DNA of 64,000 nt from Balanoglossus misakiensis (Eukaryota; Animalia; Hemichordata), in NCBI GenBank assembly GCA_040954595.2, contig CM082577.2:19628303-19692302 (forward strand). Direction: 5' to 3'. The position numbers were made by a program, and so were the translations under genes. The notes below the pieces were generated by a model, which had not been told where the DNA came from, ran no database searches, and saw nothing but the letters and a program-made list of their open reading frames with translations. Of this stretch, positions 51,457-64,000 are shown piece after piece. Numbering within the stretch: position 1 is the first letter of the stretch; every line of letters begins with the position of its first letter.

Positions 51457-54400
51457 AAATTCGAAAGTTAAACGAGACTTACTGGTAAGTTGGATGACTA
51501 GAATTCTGCTGAGCTGTTGTCGCAGGTAAGGTGTTACTCGAGATTGCGCGATAATACCCAGCATTCAGTTTTTATCGGCGAGAGAATACACCATTCCTCA
51601 ATAATTTGGGAGGGTGAAACTCATCACGAATAGTACAGATGCATACAAACACATATATTTGGGTGGGCGAGTGACACCTTAGCTGCGACAGCAGCTCAGC
51701 AGAATTCTAGTCAAACTTCAACTTACCAATAAGTCTCGTTTAACTTTCGAATTCTGCCTCACTGCTGTCTCGCATGTGTCACTTTAGATGTTTAGAGTGT
51801 GTTCTTGAGCTAATGCATACACACACACACAATAAAAATGTGGTCCACACATATTTACAATTTCCATGAACAGGAATTTTAATTCTGTTTGGTCGTATTT
51901 AAAATCTTACGGCCAAGTTCGCCAACAGGAACAATGGGCTTTTTGTATAATTTTGCAAATGTGTTTCGCTGACTTGTCCTGGGGTAGAGTCAGCAGTGAG
52001 TTTCCTTTTGGTAGGAGGACAGGGTCTGCAATCAGGCACTTCGTCATGGTGGAAAACCATGGTTGAGTTGTCCAAAATGGCACTATCAGAATTCCCCTCA
52101 CTTTTTCCAGTTGTATTTTCTGTATTGTTCTCGGGAGTACACTGAAAGGAAGGAATGCATAAAAATACCATTTAGATCAATCTAAGCTAAATGCATCAAC
52201 TGCAAGTGCATGTGGGTCAGGTTGCCATGATACATATTTGTTGAACTGGTAATTCAACCTGGAGGCAAATAGGTCAATTTCTGGTTCCCCAAATTTTTGG
52301 GCTATTTGATGCACCAATTGTTTGTTTAACATCCACTCTGCGTCTCTATTGTGATGACGTGAGTGGTAGTCTGCTTCTGTATTACACACCCCAGGTATGT
52401 GTGTTGAGCTAATAGTCCTTTCAATGTCCAACATTCTATACAATAGTGGACCATGCATGACACCTGGGAACGAGGCTACCATACACCCAATCAGTTCTGC
52501 CAGTGTTCTTATTGTTACACAGTGGTGTTTACTGTGCTCTGCAAGTATATTTCTTGCCAAGGTTTTGATTCTCATGGCTTTTTCCTGGGTTAGTGATATG
52601 GTTATATTTATTGAATTCGGGACAAATCCAAGAAAGGTGATAATTTGAGAGGGTATGAACACAGATTTTCTTTGATGTGGGACAAATCCCAGATCATCCA
52701 ATAATGGTACTGTGTCCTGTACATTTTCAGCGCATTCTTTGTAAGAATCACTGCACAAAAATGAGTCACCTATGTATGAAGTGTTTGTATATCCCATTTT
52801 CCGCAGAGTGGAGAAGATTGGCTTCATGATTTTGGTAAATATGAGAGGGGCACATGCTAAGCCATTTGGCAGGCAGGTAAACTGGTACAGTTGTCCCTTC
52901 CATAGGAAACGCAAGTATTTTCGGTCTTCATGTGCAACTGGTACAGAGTAATATGCATCCTTTAGGTCGATGCTTGCCATGAAGCAATTTGGAGTCATCA
53001 AGGCAATAGCTGATTTTATGGTTTCCATTTTTAATGGTGATAGGCAACATTCTCATTAAACTGTTTTAAGTTCAGTATTAGTCGGAAAGAGCTGTCTTTC
53101 TTTTTCCTGAGAAATATTGGGGAGATAAATTCTCCTGCTGTGTGATCTGTTCCTTCAACTACATTTTTGGCAACTAGTTTCTGAATTTCATTGTTTACTA
53201 TGATGGTTTCAGATGGGTTGAAGTGATGAATGTTGATCGGACCAGTCTGTACAGGCCTTTGAAAATTATGCTCTGTATGCTTACAAGGGTAGGTCAACAC
53301 AATGCTTACCTCCAAATCTGGAGTGGGCTGTTCTACTGGCGTTTCTCGCCTTGTCCCTTCTTTGTGTACTTTTTCTTGTATAAAAAAAGTCTTGTCTCGT
53401 GGTTTGTAGTTGTAGTCTCCCCTGTAGCCACTGTAATTGTTGTTGCTCCTGCCCTGGGAGTAGGACCAGTTTCTGTGCCCTTGTCTGTTGGCAGTGGTGG
53501 CGTGCTGTACTCTGATTCCAATATTGTTTGTTTCCACAAGGTCTTTAACCTGTTTCGGCAGGTCATCACCGAAGAGGAAGTCTGTCACGGGGGTAGAAGT
53601 GCCACATAGTTGTTTGAGTACTGGCCCCAAAGTAGGCCGGATGAGCTCCCTTCTGCGTAGGCTCATCAAGTGATTGGCTTGTGTTACAAAGGAGAGTGCA
53701 TCAATGACGAGTTTCTGCATTTGGTCCATGTTTGTGGAAGCAGATATATTAACCTCAAAATTTACCTGTCTAATTAAATATAACGATTACAAATAGGCGT
53801 ACTGTTCCCAAAATTACCCACGCAGAAAATACGACGTACTACATTGTATGGCAAGTGCCAATCTGATTGAAATCAGATGTAGGGAATGGCGGCGTGGTTT
53901 TTTATGCTGTCGCCTACACTAGTGTGAGGCGACAGCATAAAAAAACCACGTCGCCGTTCCCTACATCTGATTTTAATCAGATTGGGCAAGTGTGAGATCG
54001 TGACTGCCTTTTTTCCCGCCATATTAATTGTTTTCGGAATTTATGTCGATTTCAGATTCAGATTAAGCCACGGATTCCGATTCACCAGTAATTACACAGG
54101 TAAATTTTGAGGTGATATCTGAGGTCAAAAAGAATTCTGAGGTCCGGGTTCTGAGGTTCTGAAACTTCAGAGGGCTCTGAGGGGCTCTGACTCAGAGGGC
54201 TCTGAAAAGTCAACTCTACCCCCATACTAGTACATGCAGTGATGGCGGACATTTGCCGCGCAACGCCCATAACTGTAGTAACGGCCACGGCCGATGCTGC
54301 CACAGTTTTTCTCGACGTCAGTCTGCTGCTCTTTGGTGGTTTCTCACCGCTATTTTGAGCTGCAATTCTGTTATTGCCCGTGGGCTTTCCATTTCCCGAT

Positions 54401-54749
54401 GTTGGGTTGTTGATTCCCATCGTGGTTCTCTGCTGTTGTCTGGCGTTTATCGTCGCGTCGCTCCCACTGCTAGTGCTAGCGGTGTCAGATTTCGATGTTT
54501 GCATATCGGCAAATTTTAGGTCATCAGAGTTCCTGATTACAGGGTCTGTGACCGTAGAAAGGTATTAGGATACAATGTACCTTAGAAAGTTACATCTGTG
54601 AGGTTTTTCTCACAAAAGTTATCTTTCCTGCTGAAATCGCTGAGTGATTTTCAAGCGGTGTTACTGTCGCCGAAGGAGAAAGCGCACTGAATGCTGGGTA
54701 GTATCGCGCAATCTCGAGTGACACCTGCGAGACAGCAGTGAGGCAGAAT
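51457..54749 (-). mobile_element. DIRS1-type retrotransposon, internally deleted (gag-like, RT, partial RNase H, start of methyltransferase-like domain; no tyrosine recombinase)
   Basis: FISPIFLRKKKDSSFRLILNLK, SIDLKDAYYSVP, HIPG..N..AD..SR, DLFASRLN, AVDAFSLD; ITRs about 54685-54749 and 51503-51570; ICR 51668-51783. Confidence 0.93.
53859..53984. mobile_element. 126-bp palindromic MITE inside the DIRS element
   Basis: Near-perfect palindrome; flanks ggcaagtgc / ggcaagtgt. Confidence 0.8.
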
Positions 54750-56949
54750 AATATTTAAGCCATGCATGTCTAAGTACGAGCCTCCGTACAAAGGAGGTCA
54801 CTGTGACGCATTCTGAGTGAGCAACAATTCTCAATACACCTACCACCGCAAGCAATCACATTCGGCGGAACACCTGTTCCCAAATGCTTTTTGGAAAGTG
54901 TCACAACACCCCACTCGTACACTGGCTATTGCTTTCAAAATTCTCTGAAACACTTAGGCCTATCGAAGACAAATAGAAAAGACAGACTCGCAACGCAGCA
55001 TACTCCCTTTGATGTCGTGTCTGCCTCGGAAAACAACGGCTAAGATAAGCTTTAAAATATGTCAGACGCCGCGGAGACAGGTTTGGTCTCGCGTAGGCGT
55101 CATTATTTAGAGGTTATAAACGGCTAGCGAGGGTATTTGGTTGCGGATATAAGACCTCTCAGGTGAAAATTAACATATTTTGCGGGAAATAATCACCGAG
55201 TGAAGCGAGCCGAACGTTGGTTTCATTCACTTTCACTTACGCATAACAGAGCCACAGCCAGCCAAAAAACTGCACGAAACCGGAAGTGATGTCAGCAACT
55301 TGTGGTACCGTCATCTGCTGCCGACGCGTAGGGGCGAGCTTATGCTTATGCACGCCTGCACTCACGCGACAGACGACGTTAGCATGGCAACATATTCTCG
55401 GGTAGTAGGCTTCAATTTTGAACCAGAGATTCCCTTTAATGACTACGCGACTGAATTTTTCAGAGGACAAAAGTGACTTCAATGCAGAAAGTGATAGTTC
55501 TTGCAGTTCCGAAGATGCTGATTCTCCAAACTGTGATTTTCCACTTCTGATCTCCGATGTGTCCCGTTTGTCAAGGCTTACACTTGGTGTGGTTTCAGTA
55601 AAACAGATCTGCTGTGATGAGACAATGCTGTAAACAATACGACGGTGTCTCTCCCTCGTTGTCACCTTTTCGAACCATTTTCTTACAAAAATACTTTGTC
55701 ACCTTTTATGCATTTGAAAAGAACGCAGATGCACCCTCCTTCTCACCAGGTGTAGTACGTCCATAGTATAGTGGAAGCTAATACCATAGTAATACTATGC
55801 ATGTTTCGTCTCTTGAAATGAATTAAAACTGCCCTTTTTAGTTTCTTTCATTTGATCACCATGCGATCGTCAATAAATGGAAATTAAACCAAATACGTGT
55901 ACCAAAAATGTGCGGGAAGGATTTAAAACGGTACGTTTATTAGTATCAGCTGCAGTTAGAACAACTTTGTATTGGCCTTACGGTTTGTTCATAAACGTCG
56001 GCATCGTGGACATTGCAGGGTCTATGTCCACACGCATCGACAAATACACATACAGAGAGCATTGCCTTTGAAAGAAACTTGTCCCCATCGATTTTCCGAA
56101 TCTGTTTTTAAAATCATGAACTTGACATTTCGCCAGATCAGCGCAAAATTTGTCTGTTTATTCGAAATGATATGCCAAAGGTGTAAGAGCGCTGCGCGTC
56201 GACTGCAACGCAAGTTGCTGACGTCACATCCTGTAGTATTTTCAACTCGCGTCTTCTGTTTGCGCAGGAAGTGAAAGTGAATAAACCCATCGGAACGTTG
56301 CCGTTTTTGACACCCGGTTTGTACTTTGAAGCCCAAAATTGTGGGTGTTGTCCACATTAAACACAGTAACAACACATCGTATTTTCCTTGACATCCAATT
56401 TGACAGATCAGTGACGGTATCGTACCATGACCACCGCTTTGCACTCAGGACATGACTGAAACACTACTTCACAACGACCAAATCTTAACACGTTAGAAGT
56501 CGAATTTACACTTACAACCACACAGACTTACCAGAAGACAATTCAGCAAATGGAATCTATTCCAAAAATTTCGAGATTGATGATCAAACCTTTTCAAATT
56601 TACGATCAAACACACTTATTATATATTCATAAATTTATCGTACAAACTTAAAATGGTCAAACTCATCTCTCCGACGCTCAAACTTCCTCCAATTTTGGCT
56701 GTCCACTCGTCTTCTGTCTACAGCTGACTGACTACAACAACACAAACTTTCACAAAGACACTTTCATTTTATAATCGGGAAAATTCCGGACATTGCTGAA
56801 GGGGATACGTTTGGGAAACTTCGGACAAACCGCAGCTGCAGGGCGACAGCCGAGACACACACTGGGGGATTAGGTCATGTTCTTCACACCTTTTGACAAT
56901 ACAGTTACAAGTCTGTCTTTTCTCTTTGTCTGTGGGCCTATTTTCATCA

Positions 56950-57352
56950 TATAGGACCTTGGGCATATGGTCTACAAAGTTTGAGAAAAAAGTTTAAATG
57001 CTGCCATTCATATGCAAATTAGGTCAGTTTGAAATTTTCAATTGAATATGGCCGCCAGGTCACATGACAAATTAAAATTATAATGGTTCAATGCTTGACT
57101 ACTCATTAACCTTGACCACTGTTGCAAATTTGAGAAGAGTACCTGCAGCGGTGCCCGAGATCTAGATCAACAAAGAATTGACGCAGGAAAAATTCCAACG
57201 AAACCAATAGGGACCCAAGCCTGGCTTGGGCCGCTGAAAACTACTTCAAAACCAACAGGGGCCCCGCCCCTTTTGGGGCGTGGGTCCCTTAGAAGATGAA
57301 GTCTAACGATTCAAATAGGGGCGGGCCTGTCAGCCAGAGGCCTTGGGCTCCA
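56950..57352 (+). repeat. 3' fragment of family B with degenerate stacked hairpins
   Basis: aatatggccgccaggtcac...ccttgaccactgt...aaattccaacgaaaccaata matches about 42350-42560. Confidence 0.7.
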
Positions 57353-57356
57353 ATTA

Positions 57357-57815
57357 CAGTGCAGCTTAGGAATAGCTTTCCAACTGCACCAACACTGGGT
57401 CAACTCTGTTTAAACACTGGGTCAACTCTGGGTTAGCACCCTATTGGCGCTCTAATTAACACCTATTGGGCTTGTGTTTAACTGGGGTGTGCCAAAACAA
57501 TAGGGTGCGCCAAGGTTTAACACCTTTGTAGCACATGCTAACACTGAACAATGCCAAGTGCCAGGGCCAACAGATTCACACCTTTGTAACACTTGGAACA
57601 CACAGGCTAACAATGTGTGCCAAAAAACAATAGGGTGCGCCAAGGTTTAACACCTTTGTAGCACATGCTAACACTGAACAATGCCAAGTGCCAGGGCCAG
57701 CAGATTCACACCTTTGTAACACTTGGAACACACAGGCTAACACTGTGTTGACTCATTATAAACACCGTGTCAGCAAGTTGTTAGCAAATTGGAAAGCTAT
57801 TCCTAAGCTGCACTG
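57357..57815. mobile_element. Tc1/mariner-type MITE with internal tandem duplication of about 128 bp
   Basis: ta-cagtgcagcttaggaatagctttccaa ... ttggaaagctattcctaagctgcactg-ta. Confidence 0.8.
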
Positions 57816-58165
57816 TACATGTATGCATCGTAACACAGTTGTTGAGTGATCCTGATTGTAAACAGGAATACAACTGAATCCACGTGTCTTGGCGTCATTG
57901 AAATCGAACCATAATTTGCTGAGCCGTAATTTTATGAAGACGAAATAACCAAATGTTGATGATGTCCGGCAACTCCTAGTTCTCAAATTTGATTGTGACA
58001 AGCTGTAAGGTTACTGTTTTTCCACTCAATTTGTATACATGTAAACACTTGAAAATGTACTCTATTACAATGTATGATAGAACAACTTTCCCCACTCCTT
58101 CCATACAGTCTACATGTTCCATGAAAAACTGGGACAGGACGTTTAAAATGATTTAAAGAACTTAC

Positions 58166-58369
58166 TTAGTTTTCCTTTGTAATTTATTAGCCATTCTATC
58201 AGGCAAAGTAGCCATGACTGTTATTAGGTGATCCCACAGAAGATTGCCTATGGTAGACTGTGGTGTATTCTTACTGCCTGTTAACCGACACTGTGATAGA
58301 ATAAGGCTGGCCATCTTGTGTCCTTTTATGAAATTCTCCAATAGTAAGACACTTCTTGAGAATGTAAGG
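58166..58369 (-). CDS. TELO2: TELO2 internal exon 1 of 15 seen (LTFSRSVLLLENF...ATLPDRMANKLQRKT)
   Basis: tttcAG acceptor, GTaag donor; LPDRMANKLQ resembles the Tel2 N-terminal region; phase joins the 50804-50889 exon. Confidence 0.85.
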
Positions 58370-58390
58370 CTGAAACTAAAAATTAAAAAT

Positions 58391-60470
58391 AACGTGAGGG
58401 ACACTGTGGTCCCATTTAGGGATTACACAAGAAAAAGTCTACACCGGAGTACATATACTGACAGACACACACACACACACATAAAGGGATCAACGGGCAA
58501 ACACTGACTGACCCATAAGCTGCCAATTGCATGTGTACTGTACATACACCAAGTAGAACAGCTGGTCTCTTTAAAGCCACAGTATTTCTCGTAGGGGCAA
58601 AATTTTGTTTGAAACGGCATCTATAATTTCTAAAAGTAGATGATAATTGATACTGAATCGAACAGTCATCATCCCCAGCTCTGCTGATAAACTCATACAA
58701 TTTACAATATAACGAGTGAAGAATGACTTTCTGTCCGGACAGAAAGTCACGTGAGTCAGGCTAATGTTGACACACGTGACTAGTGCGCATGCGCACTCAC
58801 ATGTGAATCTATTCTATACGGAAGAGGTTTGGTCGCCCCAAATCAAGCGACTCAGCGAAGAAATGCGCACTAATTCGGCGAAATTTTTGGAAGATAACTT
58901 TATGGGAGAAATCAGTCGATGGAACCAGATCAAATCCGAAAATGGTCTGACCATCAAAATGTCAAAGTGGCACGTTTGCTGATCGACATGTACAACATTT
59001 CCGTTGTAAACAAACCCGCGCATCATTTCAAGTGTTACGGGCGATATTTTCGGCTTGCATGTAGCTACAATTGCCCAAACCTTTCTTACATCTTCATTAT
59101 ATAGTATTCCATGATGGATGTACTGGAAAAACGGGCTTTTTTCGATGATGAAAAATGGATGCACACGAGAAATACTGGGGCTTTAACAATTTGCCAGTTA
59201 TGTAAACATGCAGGAATTTGCTGTGTTTACAAATCTCAGTAGGGGTTCTCCCTAATTACAAAGAACTACTGTAAAACACTTTATTTTCACGAGTTGAAAT
59301 TTTCGCGATATCGAGAGAGGCCACTGTTTCGCGAGTATTATTTTTCGCGTTATCTTATTTCATTCACTGTATCGTTATCTTCAAAAAAAAATTACGCGAC
59401 TTTTTATTTTTGCGCTATTTTGGCTCTCGTGTATTAGGCGAAAATTTATTGCTCGCGAAAATAAAGTGTTTTACAGTATGTACAGTAATTGCTCGTCTTT
59501 GGATATAAAAAAATTGTGGTATAAGACAAAACATCCTACAAAATATAAAAGTTCCAAATTACCTACAATGTATGATTTGATTCCATAATAATTCTAAAGA
59601 AGCCAATCCCATTAACTTACATGTACAACTCAAATTTTAAAGTAATTAGCCAAAATATTTCTGAAAAATATAAGTTTTTTATCAAATTTGGAAAATATGC
59701 CCCCAAAATACCATTTATTGCCCCCACAAATCATTGACACTTTCTTTATAGGTATTGTATTGAAATCATCATCAAAACTCACCCAGGAACATTCAAATCA
59801 AATTTCAAAGCAATGGGGGCAGAGGGTTCTGAGAAAGAGTTTTGACCAAAAATGGCAAAAATCATCACCAAAATATACTATTGAATTCTTCAAGTTGATT
59901 TGAAAAACATACATGCAAATTTTACTTGTGGTACCCCAAGGAACATGCCTACCAAATTTCAATGCAATCTGACTAGCGATTTTAGACAGAAAAAAAAATA
60001 ATAAAAAAAGGCAAAAATTATAAATATGCAAAAATTGCAACAATTTAAACAAAACTATGGTAACTCAGAACACATACATGAAGCCTCATACTAAATTTCA
60101 AAGAAGTCGGCCGATCAATTCTGGAAAAGTAGATTTTTTTACCAAAAATATTGAAAAAGACAAAACAATGCTTAAAAATAGAAAATTCACACTATATATT
60201 AGCTCAAAACATATAGAAATGTGTACATGCATACCAATATTCAAATCAATATGACCAGTGGTTGTTGAGTTTCTGAGTTTTGACCAATTTCACGTTTTCC
60301 CGAACTAATTTGCATATTTTTGGCAATGACAACTTCATTTGAAAAAACTCCCATCTGCAGCCCGTAATGCATCTGCACACCAAATATCAAGGTGAAATGC
60401 GCAGCAGTTTTCAAGTTTTTGATGTGGACGGACATACAGACATCCATACACACACACATACACACATATA
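58391..60470 (+). mobile_element. Family A HINE-like element, disrupted by insertions
   Basis: 5' ggacactgtggtcccatttagg; 59900-60470 matches 5600-6180; 59597-59883 matches 33060-33336. Confidence 0.55.
59269..59476. mobile_element. Tc1/mariner (pogo-like) MITE
   Basis: ta-ctgtaaaacactttattttcRcgag ... ctcgcgaaaataaagtgttttacag-ta. Confidence 0.8.
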
Positions 60471-62264
60471 CTAGTCCGGCCGCCAGAGGGGTAAACCTTG
60501 TTTTGGCGTCTAAAGTTTTTTTTAAAGCGGATTCTGCTTGTATAGATCACCAAACTGAAAAAAATGGTTACTGGAGCTCTGTCAGCATTGAGCAATTTGA
60601 ATAAATTACCATAATCAAAATGGCCGTCAACGTATTGCATTTTGGCTGAGAAAGAAGAGTCAAACGAACGTTATACACCCTGTAGCTTTGTTTTTATCAT
60701 TTATTTCACCAAGTTGTTGCTTAAGACAAACTAGAAAATAAATGTTGCCATATACAATGAGCTAATTTGCATAATTTCAAGATGGCGGCTATCTGTGAAC
60801 CTCTCTTTTTGTTGAATAACTTTTACGTATGTATTTTGCTACGTGCAGTCATTTTAAAACATTTCTTGTCACTGTTTTATAATTCTGGCCACCTTAAATA
60901 GTTTTTCACTTTGTGCTAGAGGGTAAAATCCCATAATAATTGCATTCTGGGTAAAAAGTAGACAATTCACTAGAGTAATAGATAGAAGACATTATATGTT
61001 TACTGTATTTCATGACTTCCTTTGGTCAAACATTTCTGCTTTGAAGTTGACATATTAAAGTCAATCAACTTTTTTTACATTTGAAAAAAAATTAGTTACA
61101 AAGTATCGGAATGACCGAATATCACTTTAGCTTATGAACTCCCATTTCTTAAACATGGCAAAAACTCGGCCATCTTGGAATTGTGTCGACCAGATGAGAC
61201 TTTTATTACTCACCTGGGTAGCAAAAATCTATTTAAAGTCGGGAGAATTGCAAGTACATAAATCTTCTTTCGCAAAATTAATGTTGATTATCACACATTT
61301 ATCATGAGCAGCCAGGTAATCCTTCGCCCTTTCTCAAAGGCAACATAATGCCGTTATATCCAGTCCAATAATCATTATCATACAAGGTAAAATTACCAGC
61401 TCCAAGAAATAATTGATAATGGCAGTTGCTATATTTTATCGCCTTGAACTACTTGAAGTTGAAGTAGCCGTACCAGGTGTCCCGAATTGGACAACGTATC
61501 ATGCGAGAATGTTACCCCAGTCAACATTGACCAAAAGGAACAAACTAAAGTGTAATTTACCAAAATGCAAATCTATTATTGTGAGTCAAATCCAGAAATA
61601 CTGTCACTTGCCATTTGAGTGACTGATGAGTCATATTTGGAATTACAAAGTCTCTGGATACCACTGAATTTCGTAAATTATTCTGCGAAAGTCAGAGAAT
61701 GTCTGCCTCAATTTCGTTTTAAAGCTAATAAGCTGTGTCTAATTTTAAAGTCCTCATATTAGTTGCAAACTTTACCGCATCTCGGGAGTTTTGTTTATTC
61801 ATTACAAAACTTGGCAAACAATGACTCTTGAAAAACATACATACACATTGTGAAAACATTTCGAACATTTAAAAAGGCAAGGATACACATGGAACATCAA
61901 TCAACTCATATCGTTTAAAAGCTGAATGTTTGTGCCTGTTCAACCTGCAAGCTGAAACCTTTAAAAATGTACGAGGAGGACGTTAAACTATGGTGATAAA
62001 TCATGGATGTTGAAGGATTGATTGTGCAAGCTTTGCGAAATACCTGTTGATTATAAAAAAAACATTGCTAATTTCTAACAGGAGTGCAGATTATTTTGGA
62101 ACTGCCTTGTCTTTTCCAGCATTTTTTTACTTTTAAGGACAGATAGGCAGCAGTCAACTGAAGGAAAATGTTAGAACGCTTTAAATGAATGAATTTCCCT
62201 TTCTTATCTAAACGATGCCAATTTCCTTTAAAAATACAAACACTGCTCTTTCTCACTACAAAAT

Positions 62265-62340
62265 ACGTGTTGGCATCCCATTTTAATGTATTATCAAAAA
62301 TGGAGCCAAGGTATGTGTGAGTCGGGACAATTTCTACTTG
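62265..62340 (-). mobile_element. LINE ORF2 relic
   Basis: Hand translation VEIVPTHTYLGSIFDNTLKWDANT, typical of the end of a non-LTR RT domain. Confidence 0.55.
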
Positions 62341-62889
62341 ATTTTTATAAAGGTCTTCTTGCGCATTTCTTCAGGTTTCTCAAGATGTTTCTATAAATGA
62401 ATTTAAAATAAGAAGCTTAACATCTTCCACACCAGTTCTTTTCGAAAACGCACATCAAAGGGATAGATCGGAAGACTTTACAGTTTTATCTAGTGTTTTC
62501 AGGAAAATATACATTAATGCAATGGAGTTGGAAATCAATTAATTGTTTGTAATTACTTTTATTTGGAATTTGAACAGCTTGTAGTGGGAATGATAAAAGT
62601 GTGAACAGAGATTTGAAGGTTGAAAGATCTCGTTCAGCTGATCAGTACATTATTTCGAGGCAAATCACAAATGCGATCTGGGGACCAGTGTTTGTATTTA
62701 ATTTCAGTGTTTATAGGGTTATACATGTAGCTGGTTATGACTACCCGTAGGTCACATATAGTAGGATAGTTCACAATTATGAAATCGACGACTGATCTAA
62801 GGTGTTACTCGAACATTTACTAGCAATAGTTTTACATCATATTTTGTAGAGATTGCATAAACTTGGCTCCATATGGATGTATAGAAAGG

Positions 62890-63130
62890 TGACAGGAAGT
62901 TCAGCATTCTTATTATTTCAACATCGGTGTATTTACATTTGGCATCATTGTTGAAAAATATAGCCTGAGTTGTGTTAATGACAATATGCTCATGCCTACG
63001 ACTGCCACCAAAGAAAGCCTGTTTCATCAGTAATGTTAGTCTCTGTTGTAATGGGACTGTTTCCTTCCCATGGTGTTTACTAGTATATAGAAATAGGAGA
63101 CTGTAGGTGTGTCCTGAATCGTAAGAATGT
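62890..63130 (-). mobile_element. Penelope-like RT relic
   Basis: RLTLLMKQAFF...KCKYTDVEIIRMLNFL resembles the region after TYDFSTLYT in Penelope-like RTs; recognised from memory. Confidence 0.5.
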
Positions 63131-63139
63131 TGCTAACTT

Positions 63140-64000
63140 TATTGGGGGCACAAGCGCCCTCAGGCGGCTTGTGCCCCCATTGGTATTGTTGGAATTTTTA
63201 GGGCCCAAGCGCAAGCAAGCGCTTGGGCCCTATTGGTTTCGTTGGGGTTTATCTTTAGGGCCCAAGCGCAAGCAAGCGCTTGGGCCCTATTGGTTTCGTT
63301 GGGGTTTTTTAGGGCCCAAGCGCATACCAGCGCTTGGGCCCTATTGGTTTCGTTGGGGTTTTTCTTTCTTCTTTCTTTATTCTTGTGTCAATTCTTTGTC
63401 GCTCTAGATCTCAGACACCGCTGCAGGTACACTTCTGAAACTTGCTACAGTGGTCAAGGTCAATGAGTAGTCGTGCATTGAACCCTTGAATTTTTAATTA
63501 GTCACGTGACCTGGCGGCCATATTGGATATTCTGAAAAAATGCAAATCTCAGATCTCAGAAACTACAAGTCAGATCGACTTCAAATTTGGTGTGCAGGTA
63601 GTTTACCTTCTACCCATCATTTTTGTAATTGGAAATTATGCTGTCAATGTTGCAGTTTTTTTGCTACAATTTTTTTTCTGAAATCTGGCTTAAATTTCAA
63701 AAATCTTCTTCTCCAGAACCGGTGATAACCGAGTCACGCGGTTTGGGGTATGTGGTCACCTAACTGATGTCTATCAAGTTTGCGAAGATCATTGTGATTG
63801 GTTGAAGATTATGGCGGCCATATTGGATTTTCGAAAAACCCTAGTAAAATTTCAAAAATCTTCTTCTCAAGAACCGGCGATAACCGAGTCACAAGATTTG
63901 GTGTGTGTGGTCACTAAACAGATGTCTATCAAGTTTGCGAAGAGGAATGTGATTGGTCAAGGATTATGGCGGCCATATTGGATTTTGTGAAAAACGATTA
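63140..64000 (-). mobile_element. Family B element in reverse orientation with four stacked terminal hairpins (runs off window)
   Basis: Reverse complement of about 45003-45750; hairpins at about 63141, 63199, 63256, 63310. Confidence 0.85.

Noticed and set aside
55237-55780. Possible BED-finger/hAT transposase relic
   Set aside because: Cys/His spacing not convincing, stops in candidate frames, no catalytic motifs
61213-61275. Possible upstream TELO2 exon ending at CAG|GTGAGT (KIYVLAILPTLNRFLLP)
   Set aside because: Good donor but no convincing acceptor or recognisable Tel2 similarity
63190-63360. CRISPR-like palindromic direct repeats
   Set aside because: The intervening sequences are also repeated, there are no cas genes, the context is eukaryotic, and they match family B termini

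Overview
AT-rich animal (probably marine invertebrate) nuclear DNA, not prokaryotic. One host gene is present: TELO2 (Tel2, TTT complex) on the minus strand. I reconstructed 15 internal exons (12387-58369, about 630 codons) with mutually consistent splice phases and one GC-AG intron; the first and last exons were not found in the window. The rest is largely nested mobile DNA: two nested CR1/L2-group LINEs, other LINE and Penelope-like fragments, a decayed BEL/Pao LTR element, an internally deleted DIRS1 element with intact ITR/ICR ends, Helentron-like (HINE-type) non-autonomous elements including a self-nested array, and many TIR MITEs. The most unusual signal is a set of sequence-unrelated non-coding 80-190 bp foldbacks sharing one structural grammar. 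Their mismatches are repeatedly TC/TC on one strand (tandem GA/GA on the other) and their apices are C(GNA)G or C(GNNA)G loops, so they look built to fold as single-stranded DNA on one specific strand. All family assignments come from motif recognition by eye; no database search was run.
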